From: the human T2T-CHM13v2.0 reference genome, Homo sapiens
NCBI RefSeq assembly: GCF_009914755.1
Contig: NC_060928.1
DNA length: 64,000 nt
Reading direction: 5' to 3' (one strand)
The notes under the pieces are model-generated. The model did no database searches, had not been told where the DNA came from, and was given only the letters and a program-made list of their open reading frames with translations. Shown here piece after piece: positions 39,516-54,670 of this stretch (positions are counted from its first letter, which is position 1; each line of letters opens with the position of its first letter). Made by a program: the position numbers and the translations under genes.

Positions 39516-42500
39516 TTTCATGTGCGTCCGTGTGAAGAGACCACCAAACAGGCTTTGTGTGAGCAACATGGCTGTTTATTTCACCTGGTTGCAGGCGGGC
39601 TGAGTTCGAAAAGAGAGTCAGCGAAGGGAGATAAGGGTGGGGCCGTTTTATAGGATTTGGGTAGGTAAAGGAAAATTACAGTCCAAGGGGGTTTGTTCTC
39701 TGGCGGGTAGGAGTGGGGGTTGCAAGGTGCTCAGTGGGCAGGAGTGGGGGTCGCAAGGTGCTCAGTGGGGATGCTTTTGGAGCCAGGATGAGCCAGGAAA
39801 AGGACTTTCACAAGGTAATGTCATCAGTTAAGGCAAGGACCGGCCATTTACACTTCTTTTGTGGTGGAATGTCATCAGTTAAGGTGGGGCAGGGCATATT
39901 CACTTCTTTTGTGATTCTTTAGTTACTTCAGGCCATCTGGGCTTATAGGTGCAGGTCACAGGGGATGTGATGGCTTGGCTTGGGCCCAGAGGCCTGACAT
40001 TCCTGCCTTCTTAATAAGAAAAATAAAACAAAATAGTGTTGAAGTGTTGGGGCGGTGAAAATTTTTTGGGGGTGGTATGGAGAGAGAATGGTCGATGTTT
40101 CTCAGGGCTGCTTCAAGCGGGATTAGGGGCGGCGTGGGAACCTAGAGTGGGAGAGATTAAGCTGAAGGGAGGTCTTGTGGTAAGGGGTGATATTGTGGGG
40201 ATGTTAGAAGAAACATTTGTCGTATAGAATGATTGGTGATGGCCTGGATACGGTTTTGGATGAATTGAGAAACTAAATGGAATAACAGAAGGAGAAAAAC
40301 AGGTATAAAAGGTCTAAGAATTGGGACGACTCAGGATATCTGATTAGAGAGTGCCTAAGGAGATTCAGCATAGTCCTGCCAGCAAAGATTATGTATTTAC
40401 TTCAAGAGTTAAGAGTGGCAGTTTGGGGATAGCACCAGGAGATATCAGTTGTGATGGCTTGGAAAAACAGTGTAAACCAGCAGTGTAAACAAGAGCAGGG
40501 CATGTATGAGTAGTTGAGAACGGTGAATAGGAGTATGACTAGACAGAAGATAGTAGGGATGACAGGTTTTTTGGGGCACAGTCTAAGTTGGTCTGGTGTC
40601 TGGAATGAGACTGGAGCCTAATAAAAAGGAGCGTCTATACAGGAGCTTAAATGGGCTGTACCCTGTAGCATTCTGAAGACAGGCCTGAATTCTGAGAAGG
40701 GAAAGTGGTAAAAGTATTGTCCAGTCCTTTTTAAGTTGGTGGCTGAGCTTGGTGAGGTGTGTTTTTAAAAGACCTTTAGTCCATTCTACTTTGCTTGAAG
40801 ACAGAGGACCGTAAGGGATATAAAGGTTTCACTGAATACTAAGAGCCTGAAAAACTGCTTGGCTGATTTGACTGATAAAGGCTCGTCTGTTATCAGACTG
40901 TATTGAGGTGGGAAGGCTAAACTGAGGAATTATGTCTGACAGAAGGGAATAAATGACTGCGGTGGCCTTCTCACACCCTGTACACACCCTGTAGGAAAGG
41001 CCTCTACCTATCCAGTGAAAGTATCTACCTAGACTAAGAGGTATTTTAGTTATCTGACTAAGGGCATGTTGAGTAAAGCTAATTTGCCAGTCCTGGGTGG
41101 GGCAAATCCTCGAGCTTGATGTGTAGGGAAGGGAGGGGGCCTGAATAATCCCTGAGGAGTAGTAGAATAGCAGATGGAACACTGAGCAGAATAGCAGATG
41201 GAACACTGAGAAGTTATTTCTTTGAGGATAGATTTCCATGATGGAAAGGAAATGAGAGGTTCTAAGAGGCGGGCTAGTGGCTTGTACTATAGCATCATCT
41301 GCCTTTGCTGGTGTGTGGCGATTAGGCCTGGTGGAACTGCCATCAATAAATCAAGCGTGATCAGGGTGAGGAACAGGAAAGAAAGAAATTTGGGGAAATG
41401 GGGTTAATGTCAGGTGGATCAGAGAGATACAGTCATGGGGGTCAGGTGTGGTATCAGGAATAATGTGGGAGGTAGGATTGAAGTCTGGGCCAGGAACAAC
41501 GGTAATTGTGGGAGACTCAACAAAGAGTGGGGTATAGCTGAAGGAGCCGGGAAGCAGAAAGTATATGCATCAGGTATGAGGAAGAAAATAGATTTTGGAA
41601 GTTATGAGAACTGTAGAGAGTGAGTTGAGCATAGTTTGTGATTTTGAGGGCCTCTAAAAGTATTAATGCAGCGGCAGCAGCTGCATGCAGACATGAGGGC
41701 TAGGCTAAAACAGTAAGGTCAAGTTGTTTGGACAGAAAGGCTACAGGGTGTGGTCCTGGCTCTTGTGTAAGAATTCTGACCTCGCTAACCATGCCTAGGA
41801 AGGAAAGGAGTTGTTGTTTTGTAGAAGGTGCTTGGGTTTGAGAGATCAGTCGGACACGATTGGCAGGGAGAGCACGTGTGTTTTTATGAGAATTATGCCA
41901 AGATAGGTAACAGATGAGGAAGAAATTTGGGCTTGATTGAAGTAATGGGGGCTGTCTGTGAAGCTTTGCGGCAGTACAGCCTAGGTAATTTGATGAGCTT
42001 GATGGGTGTCAGGGTCAGTCCAAGTGAAAGCGAAGAGAGGCTGGGATTAAGGGTGCAAAGGAATAGCAAAGAAAGCATGTTTGAGATCTAGAACAGAATA
42101 ATGGGTTGTAGAGGCAGGTATTGAGGATAGGAGAGTATATGGGTTTGGCACCACGGGGTGGATAGGCAAAACAATTTGGTTGATGAGGCGCAGATCCTGA
42201 ACAAACTTGTAAGGCTTGTCTGGTTTTAGGACAGGTAAAATGGGGGAATTGTAAGGAGAGTTTATAGGCTTTAAAAGGCCATGCTGTAGCAGGCGAGTGA
42301 TAACAGGCTTTAATCTTTTTAAAGTGTGCTGTGGGATGGGATATTGGCGTTGAGTGGGGTAAGGGTGATTAGGTTTTAATGAGATGGTAAGGGGTGCATG
42401 ATTGGTCGCCAAGGAGGGAGTAGAGGTATCTTATACTTGTGGGTTAAGGTTGGGGGATACAAGAGGAGGACCCAAAGGAGGCTTTGGATTGGGAAGAAGA

Positions 42501-45325
42501 GCAGCAATGAGATATAGCTGTAGTCCAGGAATAGTCAGGGAAGCAGATAATTTAGTTAAAGTGTCTCAGCCTAATAAGGGAACTGGGCAGGTGGGGACAA
42601 CTAAAAAGGAGTGCTTAAAAGAGTATTGTCTAAGTTGGCACCAGATGGGGAGTTTTAAGAGGTTTAGAAGCCTGGCCGTCAACACCCACAACAGTTATGG
42701 AGGCAAGGGAAACAGACCCTTGAAAAGAACGTAATGTGGAGTGAGTAGCCTCCGTATTGATTAAGAAGGGGACGGGCTTACCTTCCACTGTGAGAGTTAC
42801 CCGAAGCTCGGCGTCCGTGATGGTCTAGGGGGCTTCCGAGGCAATCGGGCAGTGTCAGTCTTCAGCCGGTAAGCCAAGAAGGAGTCAGTCAGAGAGCCTT
42901 GGGCCAGAGTTCCAGGAGCTCTGGGAGTGGCTGCCAGGTGAGTTGAACAGTCCAATTTTCAGTGGGGTCCCACACAGATGGGACGTGGCTTAGGAGGAAT
43001 CCTGGGCTGCGGGTGTTCCTTGGCCCAGTGGCCAGATTTCCGGCATGTGTAGCAAGTTCCTGGGGGAGGAGGTTCTGGAGGAACGCCTGGCTGCTACAGT
43101 TCAGGCGTTTGGAAGTTCTTGTGTGCTGGAGATGTGGCTGAGGTTTGTCTCACAGTGGAGGCAAGGAATTGCAACTTTTTTCTGTTATTGCACACCTTGA
43201 AGGTGAGGTTAATTAAGTCCTGTTGTGGGGTTTGAGGGCCAGATTCTAGTTTTTGGAGTTTTATTTAATGTCGGGAGCAGATTGGGTAATAAAATGTATA
43301 TTGAGAATAAGACGGCCTTTTGACCTTTTAGGGGCTAGGGCTGTAAAGTGTCTCAGGGTTGCTGCCAAACGAGCCATGAACTGGGCTGGATTTTTATATT
43401 TGATGAAAAAGAGCCTAAACGCTATCTGATTTGGGATAAAGAAAAAGGAGCATTAACCTTGACTATGCCTTTGGCTCCAGCCACCTTTTTAAGAGTAAAT
43501 TGCTGGGCAGGTCGGGGAGGGCTAGTCACAGAAGGAAACTGTAAGCCAGACCAGGTGTGAGGAGGGGAGGCAATAAAAAGATTACAGGGTGGAGGAGCGG
43601 AGGCTGAGGAAGAATTGGGGCCTAGCTTGGCCTGTCGAGGAGGGGAGAGGTCAGATGGGTCTGTAGAAAAGGAAGATTAGAAAGACTCAGCGACGCTTGG
43701 GGTCGGTACTGAGGGGACAGGAGGGAGGGAAAGAAGGAAGATTTGGGACGAGTTGCACTGGGCACAGAGGCTAGGAAGGAACTGATGTGTAAAAGAATGC
43801 CTGGACTTCAGGCACCTCAGACCATTTGCCCATTTTACGACAAGAATTATTTAGATCTTGTAGGGTGGAAAAATTGAAAGTGCCGTTTTCTGGCTATTTG
43901 GAACTACTCTTGAGTTTGTATTGGGGTCAAGCGGCATTGCAGAAGAAAATAAGACTCTTAGATTTTAGGTCAGGTGAGAATTGAAGAGGTTTTAAGTTCT
44001 TAAGAATACAGGCTAAGGGAGAAGAAAGAGGAATGGAAGGTGGAAGCTTGCCCATAGTGAAGGAGGCAAGCCCAGAGAAAAGAGTAGAGGCACGGAGAAG
44101 GGGTGGGGGTTTCTTCCCCTCCAGAAAAGCAGAGAAAGGGCTGGGACACGGAAATAAGGGATTGGGGCACAGAGATAAGAGGTCAGGGTGCGGAAATAAG
44201 GGATTGGGGTGCAGAGATAAGAGGTTGGGGTGTGGAAATACGCGATTGGGGCACAGAGATAAGAGGTTGGGGTGTGGAAATAAGTGATTGGGGGGTTCTT
44301 GCCCCCTAGGAAAGCGGGACTTGCCGCTAAGGGTGAAGGAGAAGGGGTTGAGGGGTACTTGCCCCTGCCCCAGGAAAGCGGGACTTGCCGCTAAGGGTGA
44401 AGGACCAAGGCAGGCGTCCCTGCGTGGTCTGACACCCTTGAAACGTGAGTGTATAATCAGAGAGGCGTCCCTGCAATGATTAAATACCAAGGGAAGGCTG
44501 CCTTCCCAGTCCGTGACTGGCGCCGGAGTTTTGGGTTCACGGATAAAACATGTCTCTTTTGTCTCTACCAGAAAATGAAAGGAATTGAAATTAAGAGAAG
44601 GGAGAGATTGAAGTGTGGCGCCAAGATTGAAAGGAGAAAGAGGTTGAGGGATAGTGAGGGAGGTTGGAGAAGAGAGTAAAAAGAGGCCGCTTACCGGATT
44701 TGAAATTGGTGAGATGTTTCTTGGGCTGGTCGGTCTGAAGACCTGAGGTCGTAGGTGGATCTTTCTCACGGAGCAAAGAGCAGGAGGACAGGGGATTGAT
44801 CTCCCAAGGGAGGTCCCCCGATCCGAGTCACGGCACCAAATTTCATGCGCGTCCATGTGAAGAGACCACCAAACAGGCTTTGTGTGAGCAACATGGCTGT
44901 TGCTCACTTCACCTGGGTGCAGGCAGGCTGAGTCCGAAAAGGGTCAGTGAAGGGAGATAAGGGTGAGGCCGTTTTATAGGATTTGGGTAGGTAAAGGAAA
45001 ATTACAGTCCAAGGGGGTTTGTTCTCTGGCGGGTAGGAGTGGGGGTTGCAAGGTGCTCAGTGGGCAGGAGTGGGGGTCGCAAGGTGCTCAGTGGGGGTGC
45101 TTTTGGAGCCAGGATGAGCCAGGAAAAGGACTTTCACAAGGTAATGTCATCAGTTAAGGCAAGGACTGGCCATTTACACTTCTTTTGTGGTGGAATGTCA
45201 TCAGTTAAGGTGGGGCAGGGCATATTCACTTCTTTTGTGATTCTTTAGTTACTTCAGGCCATCTGGGCGTACAGGTGCAGGTCACAGGGGATACGATGGC
45301 TTGGCTTGGGCTCAGAGGCCTGACA
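39516..45325 (-). mobile_element. HERV-H provirus (~5.8-kb deleted type) with two LTR7, antisense to ADGRL3
   Basis: LTRs 39516-39999 and 44841-45325; TSD CAAGT; tRNA-His PBS 44821-44838; PPT 40000-40012; pol remnant SPYNSPILPVLKPDKPYKFVQDLR...VLDLKHAFF (42047-42412). Confidence 0.97.
44821..44838 (-). promoter_or_regulatory. HERV-H primer-binding site (tRNA-His)
   Basis: Minus strand TGGTGCCGTGACTCGGAT just downstream of the 5' LTR. Confidence 0.92.
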
Positions 45326-46198
45326 CAAGTAAACCTAAATATACATAGCCATACAGACAGCTTCAAACAGAGATCTTAGAGTTTTATTCTAAAATTTTAG
45401 TCATGATTCAGTAAAACGTATTAGTAAAAAATTACTGGTTTATCTCCACTTTACATTTGTATCCAAATTGTATTTCTGGAAAATGGGACAAGTTAGGGTT
45501 ACCTGTTTACCTACATTTATAGAGGAGGCTTTTAAGATTTTTGTTTATTGTTGATAAGTAATTTTCTGGAAGTTGTGGACTAAATTTTGGGAGATGGACA
45601 CTGAAGCAGTTTGTTTTCAAAACGCCTATTATTTTTTTTCCTTTTGTTTAGAAGCAAGAGTTATCTCCCAGGAAGTTTGCATAGCAAAAAGATCACCCGC
45701 AGGTCCTAGAGAGGACAGGGTCAAATATTTATGTCTGAAAGGCACAAAGAAAGGATGTATGGTTTCTCTGAGGGCATTTTGAGGCATATCTATTATCATA
45801 GATTTAAGGTATTATTTTCTAAGTGCAGGACAATTATATTTCCAATGTTTTGACTTTTTAAAGTATCTGCAAGCATCTTGATATGAACAGGAGAGATTTG
45901 GGGATTGTTAAGAAGGATGGGTGGGCTTTGAATTGCTCCTAGTGCTGCATTTCTGTTTGTATAGACTCAATTTGTAAGACAATGGTAGTTGTTTTAAACT
46001 CTTCAGAAAACTGTGTTGCAGCTGGAATAATAAAGAGGCTGACCTACCTATCAAATTACATTATCTTGAATTTGCTACTTCATATCGGAGAACATATTTC
46101 CAACTAAAATGGAAATAAAGATCCCTATGAGTTGCATGCCTTTAGAAAGTTTTAATAAATTGTTACACAAAGCCTTTCTAATGTTCTTTCTCTCTAAG

Positions 46199-46651
46199 TG
46201 ATGCGGGGTTTTTCCTCCTTAGCTCAACTAGATTTGGGTTCTTTTCTCACAACCAAGAATAATTAGGCACAAGGTCATCAAAGAGTGAGTGGAGCAGAAT
46301 TTATTAAGCAAAAGGAAAGGTCTCAGCAAAAAACAAAAAGGGGTCCTGAAAGCAGGTTTCCAGTTGCTTCCTTCACAGTTGAATACAAGGGCTTAAGGTG
46401 TGAATTCTACCCCATCCTTCCAGTGCACATGTGGGTCCTTAGACTGAGTCCCTCCATATTGATTTATTTCTCTTACTGCACATGTGTTAAGGAATGGAAT
46501 TTTCCACTGTGGGCATGTTTAGGCAAGACCCCTGTGCAAGTTCCCTTATCTGCACAAAACATCTGGTATAAATGCTTGTGGGGTGGGTTGGAAGTTCTCC
46601 AGGGACCCTTCCCTTACTGTCTGCCTAAAGCAAGCTGGATAACTCCTTTCA
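46199..46651 (-). mobile_element. MER61-like ERV1 solo LTR
   Basis: TG...CA ends, near-TSD taag/taac, internal p53-type element. Confidence 0.65.
46511..46530. promoter_or_regulatory. Candidate p53 response element
   Basis: GGGCATGTTT AGGCAAGACC, 19/20 match to two RRRCWWGYYY half-sites with no spacer. Confidence 0.65.
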
Positions 46652-46893
46652 TAACTGCATAATTCCATATTAGGAGAGAAGGCCTCAAAAATAGTTCCTC
46701 TCAGGCTCTGAAGATCAGCCTCCAGTTAAGCCCATTTCCGACCATAGAGTATTTTGAACAAAAAAATCCTTTCAAATATGATTGTCAGGTTTTGAATGGG
46801 ACAAACAGTAAATTTTCCTGACACAATTGAATCCCCTTTTGTCCCCTAATTACAAAGACCCAGAAGAGATGGACCCTTTTCCTTTAATTAGTT

Positions 46894-47007
46894 ATTTTTT
46901 TAGAGATCAAGAACTCATTGTGTTGCCTAAACTGGTCTCAAACTCCTGGGCTTAAACAGTCCTTCTGCCTCAGCCTCCCAAAGAGCAGGGATTACAGGCA
47001 TGAGCCA
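46894..47007 (-). mobile_element. FLAM / Alu left monomer
   Basis: ctggtctcaaactcctgggctt...gattacaggcatgagcca. Confidence 0.75.
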
Positions 47008-49260
47008 ACCACAACCACTCCCCACCACCTTTTTTAAACCAAAGGGGTATCTATTCCATGTGACTCAAAATCAAAATCAATAAGCCTTTTATAGGCTAAC
47101 CACAGATACAAGAGACTTCCCCAGAGAGGGTGCAAAAGAAGCCACCCTCATGATCCAGTGCCACTACCAAAGATAGAAGAATGACACATGTAGACAAAAC
47201 CTCCTACAAGCTAGTCATGCCAGTAGGATATCAGCTGCAAATGGGGTGCAGCCCACATTTCTGTTCAGCCATCTTCATATCTCAGGGCCCCTATCTAACA
47301 GTTGGCTACCTACAGATGCAGGCCTGACAGTCTGTGTGCCCTGACAGGTGTAAAGTCAAGCCAAGCTCTCAAGATATAAAGTGAGACAAATAGGAACGCC
47401 ATGGCTGTCCTGGGAGGAAAAGGATCAATAATCACTGAGTACTTAGAACCAAATTTGTGAGAGTCACAATTCAAAGGAATAATTCTTACAAATTTCTCCT
47501 GCTAATCTGAATTTGGAAAGGACTGGATAGGAAAAAAAATCTTACCTTCCCTCTCCACTGGCCACTGCAGGTAGAGATCCAGGAAACTGACTCAGTAAGA
47601 ATTCTTTGCTGGCTTAGTCAGTGGCAGCCCCAGAGTTGTTGAGTGACCTAGCCAATGCAGTCCCATCCTCATCACCAGAAACTGCAGAGAAGGAAAACAA
47701 TATTTTCATTCTATCCATCTACATTCTTGGCTGGGACTCTGTAACCAAAGACATTAACAATAGAAAAATATACACATTTATTTAATTTAAGTTTTACACG
47801 ACATGAGAGACTTCCTAAGGAAATGAAGACCCCCCAAAATGGTTAAACCTGAGTATTTTTATGTGAGATTTGATGAAGTGTGCAGTTATGAAAAAGTGTG
47901 ATAGGGCAAAGTATGGGTTAAGTGAAATAAACTGGGGGAAATTTAGCAAAGCCTATTCATTCTGATTCCTCTTTCCCCTCCATCTTTGGAGATAAAGATG
48001 CCCCTTTCCACTGGGTATATGAAGGGCAGCTCTCATTTGAGTTTCTTATAAAATGCTTCAGGAGAAAATCAGAGATACCCTCCTGCATTTGCCATTTCTC
48101 AATTTCTTCAGCTTAAAATATTCAATGTGTCAGAGCTCTGTATTATGGGGTAGTGTGTTCTCAACCTCCTCACCTACTAAAACCCATGTTTTCCTACCTT
48201 GTATTACCATGTTTTAAAATATTATGTTTAAAATACCCTGTTTAAAAAATACCATGTTTTACATACCTGGTATATTGGAAATCTACTTCTAAGTTTTCTT
48301 CCTAGGGAAACTCTCATACTTGTGTGCAAAGACATGCATAAGGTGTTCATTACAATGATGCTTAAAATAGCATAAAAGTCGATCATACTGAACTGTTCTT
48401 CAGTAAAAGGTTACGGGGTAGAATAGGGAAGAAAGAAAGAGCACAGTTTACATGCACTTGTCCAGGTGGATAATACCGAGCTGGAGAAGACTTGAATCTG
48501 ACAATCATCTGCACTAGCACCAGAGACTTTTTAAGCCCTGGACAACATGAAACATAGAGAAAAGCATTATGTGATCAGTTATCCCTTAGTAATATACTAA
48601 ATCAAATATTGGTATATATGAAATAATGAATAAGAATTGATCTTATACTGGAGTTTTCTTTTTCCTAGTACTATTGTCTCATTCGGCCTCAAGCTGCAAT
48701 AATAATGCAAAACAATCCAGATTATAACCTCCTAAAGCACCAGCAACCTTTTATTCCTATAATTCTTTCCACCAAATTATTACATTGTTAATAAAAGAAG
48801 CCCTCACTTTTCCGAAAAGTAAAATTTTATTCTGAAATTTTAATGGAGTGTGGCCTATAAGAATAACTGCCATGCGTTGCAGGTACTGTGCTTATTAAAC
48901 AATTCTTGATATTTTAATTTCTTAAAAAAATATTTTTATACCACTGTAGGCAAGGAAAAAAACCCTTTTTCCTTCTAACTTAGGTTCATTGGTGGGGCCC
49001 AGCAAATTAGACTGACAAAAGACAGATTAACAAGAGAAAAACAGGAGTTTATTAAGGAGTTCTTCATGGATGCACATGGGAGAACTCTGATGAGTAACTC
49101 AACGGGGTGATTGGAATTTAGGGCTATATAGCATCTAAACAAAAAAACAACAGATTTTGTAGAGAAGTGGCAAGACAAAGGAAAAGAACTTTGAGCTTGT
49201 AAGGGCAGCAAATTGTGGGAAGGTAAATATATGCGGGAAACTAATGGAACATGAGAGCTA

Positions 49261-50214
<954 letters not shown>

Positions 50215-50700
50215 TAGTTAGTAAGGTTTATTATGTGGATTCTTCTGGTGCCGTCTCCAGGCTGATAAAGGTTTAAAGTTGTCTCTGGTGATTAACTTCT
50301 ATTTTTCCTAGTAGAGAGGAGAGAGGGGATACCTTTGTAAATTTGTAGTCTGCTTAGAGCTTGCCTTGTATCTATTTCCAATTGTCTTCAGTTCAAAATC
50401 ATCAATATGCCAAGTGGCATATTTTGGGGCAGCATATTCTGCTACTTTTCATAACCTTCACTGAATTATCCCCCAAGTATGAATATATTGACTTGCCAGA
50501 TGGTCTGGATTCCTATGACAGCTTTTTTTTTTTTTTTAACTAAAAGCTTTCAGGAACATGGCAAAGTAGCTCAGTGGATGAACAAGACTATTGATTTAGC
50601 TGATAATGTTCTAGAGTTAAGAATTTGAAATACCATGACACAAATTCAAGTTCCCAGTTTTACAGTAATGGAAAAGCTAAAATTTTATTTTTTTTCTTTC

Positions 50701-50702
<2 letters not shown>

Positions 50703-50732
<30 letters not shown>
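50703..50732. repeat. (TG)n microsatellite
   Basis: About 15 TG units at the retrocopy 3' end. Confidence 0.95.
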
Positions 50733-50733
<1 letters not shown>

Positions 50734-50751
50734 CAAAGATTTATGTCTTCA

Positions 50752-51499
<748 letters not shown>

Positions 51500-52353
51500 C
51501 TGAAGCCGAATCTTAAACGCACCCAAGCCTCCGCCTCTGCACGACTCGGCGGCAGCAGGGAAAGAGGCCTCACGCGCCGAAAAGGTAAAATTTTCTAAAC
51601 CTAACAGTGAGCAAGAAGACTATTATATGTGAATGAAGTAGGGGTTTTGAGTTCTTTATTTTATTTTTTTTACTACTAAAACAAGATAACCAGAAAAGAT
51701 TTATAAAAGTTTTAAATTTCAGGACAGAATTCACATAAGAAATTGAATATCTGAAATAATCACTTAGTTGAAGTAAATTATATGTTGGGGTCAGGGTCTG
51801 AAATCAACTATTAAAGTTTAGTATAATCAAAATTATTTTTGAAACTTCTTCAATAGATCATAAAATCTACTGAATTTTAAAAAATATATTCCTATGTGCT
51901 GTACAGATATTATTATATATTATTGCACAAAGTATGGAGTACATAATGAAAAGTATCTTTACAAAGTATAATTTTATAGTATTGTAATAACATAAAAGAA
52001 CTACTTGAATTTATGTAAATTAAATATATCTGTGATGAAATCCTCTGTATTAAGAAAAAGAAAATTCAGTTGCTATTTCTGTGTTGATAAATCTTTTCCG
52101 TGAGAACTTTTTCCCAAAACAATGCATCAACAAGAGTCTTCTTGAATGTATTGATTTATACTTTTCCATTAAAGTTGTATGCAATTATTAGATCACTTAC
52201 TAAGTGTGTCAACAGTGCGACTATTAAATAAACATATATAATGATCTGAGAAATGTTCATTATATATTGCTATTGTTTTTGAAAGCAGGTTAAATGATTT
52301 GGAATTTAGATCTTTATTCATTTCCTTGCTTTTGTTTATATTTGAAAATTTCT

Positions 52354-52646
52354 GGCCAGGTGTGCTGGCTCACGCCTGTAACCCAGCACTTTGGGAGGCC
52401 GAGGTGGGTGGATCATGAGGTGAGGAGATCGAGACCATCCTGGCTAACACGGTGAAACCCCGTCTCTACAAAAATACAAAAAATTAGCCGGGCGTGGTGG
52501 CGGGCACCTGTAGAACCAGCTACTCGGGAGGCTGAGGCAGGAGAATGGCCTGAACCTGCGAGGCGGAGCTTTCAGTGAGCAGAGATCGCGCCACTGCACT
52601 CCAGCCTGGGCCATAGAGCCCAAGACTCCATCTCAAAAAAAAAAAG
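52354..52646 (+). mobile_element. AluY
   Basis: Full body; TSD gaaaatttct. Confidence 0.95.
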
Positions 52647-53265
52647 AAAATTTCTCTAAAAAAAGGTTTTTTAATTACTCACTATATACCTTTTTATTTT
52701 ATGTAGTACATGCTTTTACTACATGTGATCCAAAGGTTTAATGGTACTAAATGTTTGAGTAGTTCAGATTTGAGCTCTTCTGTATTATACCAAACATTTT
52801 AGTGAATATATTCAGTCTTTGAAATTTTGAAATAAATTTCTGAAGATTAATCTAATAATTCACGTGAACACAGGACTGATAGTTCACTTAGAATTCCATG
52901 AAGGAATGTATAAACTGCTAATTTTGTTCAGGACAGTTATCCAGCTAACTAATTGGCACCTCCTCGTCATTAGGACACACAAATTCCCGGGAAAGTGCCA
53001 AAGTACTACTGTGAAAATAAAACTGCAAGAGAAGAGCCTTACTCTATTTCTAGTATTTATTATTTATTTATTTATTTGCTAAGGAAGAAAAAAATGCAGT
53101 TCTTAAAAGTTTTGAGTATCGCTAGGGGATTTGCTTCTGTCTGTTTATTAAATAGCCCTGAAAAAGTATGTAACACATTGAATCTACTCTCCTAGGGAAA
53201 CATAGGATAACAAAGTGGGTTGGTCTTTCACTCCAGAGACTTAAGAAAGAGTTCTAGTGTCATGT

Positions 53266-53628
53266 CAGATTGAGCATCTCTAACGTGAAAATTAGAAATC
53301 TGAAATGCTCCAAAATCTAAAACTTTTTGAGTGTCAACAACCTCCCACAAAAGGAAAATTCCATACCTGACCTCATGTGATAGATTGTGGTCAAAAGACT
53401 GTCAAAACTTTGTTTCATGCACAAAATTGTTAAGTACATTGTATAAAATTACCTTCAGGCTGTGTGTATAAGATACTGATGAAACATAAATGAATTCCAT
53501 GCTTAGACTTGGATCCCATCCCCAAGATATCTCAAATATGTATTTACAACTATTCCAAACTCTGGAAAAATCTGAAATCCAAAATGCTTCTGGTCCCACA
53601 CATTTCAGAGAAGGAATACTCAACCTTT
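53266..53628. mobile_element. MER46/Tigger4-type DNA transposon
   Basis: cagattgagcatctc...aatgctccaaaatct...ggaatactcaacct. Confidence 0.75.
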
Positions 53629-54075
53629 ATTTGGTTGAGCGGTACTCTCTATTGACTTTCACATTTGAACATTTCAAACAAACAGCTTTCACCAGTTGTT
53701 TGTAAGGACAAACGTGGAAAAACATTAAAAGAAAACCGTTAAGTGTAAAAATGCCAACATTGAATTTGAATAAAAGAAGAGTCAACCATTCTAACCAGAG
53801 GTGAAACTTTAAAATTTTTGCTTTCAGCTTTCACAATAAAACAGGTAAAAATTGCCTATCTGCAACATTCGGTTTTTTAAAATTTATCCAACTATGCCCT
53901 TTTTATGTTGTACTTACATTCCCTTGGAAGGAATAGGTGGGTATATTCATCGAACCTTGTTATTATTAATATTAACCATTAGTATTGACAGCCTAATATT
54001 GAGTGAATCCTTTTGATGAGAGAAGCACTACTGATGGTCATTATCATGGTGTAATAATATTAAAAATCATTTGTA

Positions 54076-54370
54076 AGCTGGGCGCGGTGGATCCCGCCTG
54101 TAATCCCAGCACTGTGGGAGGCCAAGGCAGGTGGATCATTTGAGGTCAGGAGTTCAAGACCAGCCTGGCCAACATGGCGAAACGCCATCTCTACTAAAAA
54201 TACAAAAATTAGCTGGGCACGGTGGTGGGCATCTGTAATCCCAGCTACTTGGGAGGCCGAGTTAGGAGAACCGCTTGAACACAGGAAGCAGAGGTTGCAG
54301 TGAGCCAAGATCATGCCATTTGACTCAAGCCTGGGTGACAGAGGGAGACTCTGTCTCAAAAAAAAAAAAA
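54076..54370 (+). mobile_element. AluS
   Basis: Full body; TSD aaaaatca(t/c)ttgta. Confidence 0.95.
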
Positions 54371-54670
54371 ATCACTTGTAGAGGAAATATTAGAATGTTT
54401 TACTACAATGTTATGTAATTATTTGGGGAGTCAAATAATTTTGTTTAGTGATCAGTGAGTTTAAATTATTTGGTAAATTAGAAGTGTCCTATCATATTCA
54501 TTTGTATAATCAAACCTATGTGCATATAGATTACACTTAACTGAATTTTTTTTTAAGGACTGTTACAAAGAAAAATTGTCAGGTCCCACCTTAGACTGAA
54601 TCTGAAACTCTGCGGGGGGGTGGAGCCCAGCAATCTACTTGTAACAAGCTGCTTAAATTTGAGAATTATT

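Noticed and set aside
44140-44400. Repeat array resembling CRISPR
   Set aside because: Degenerate tandem repeats inside HERV-H, with no unique spacers, in eukaryotic DNA.
43927-44907. 326-aa proline-rich ORF as a novel gene
   Set aside because: It is HERV-H leader/pre-gag sequence with low-complexity tandem repeats.
47661-47677. tRNA gene fragment
   Set aside because: Only the 3'-terminal 17 nt, next to an LTR, so a retroviral PBS.
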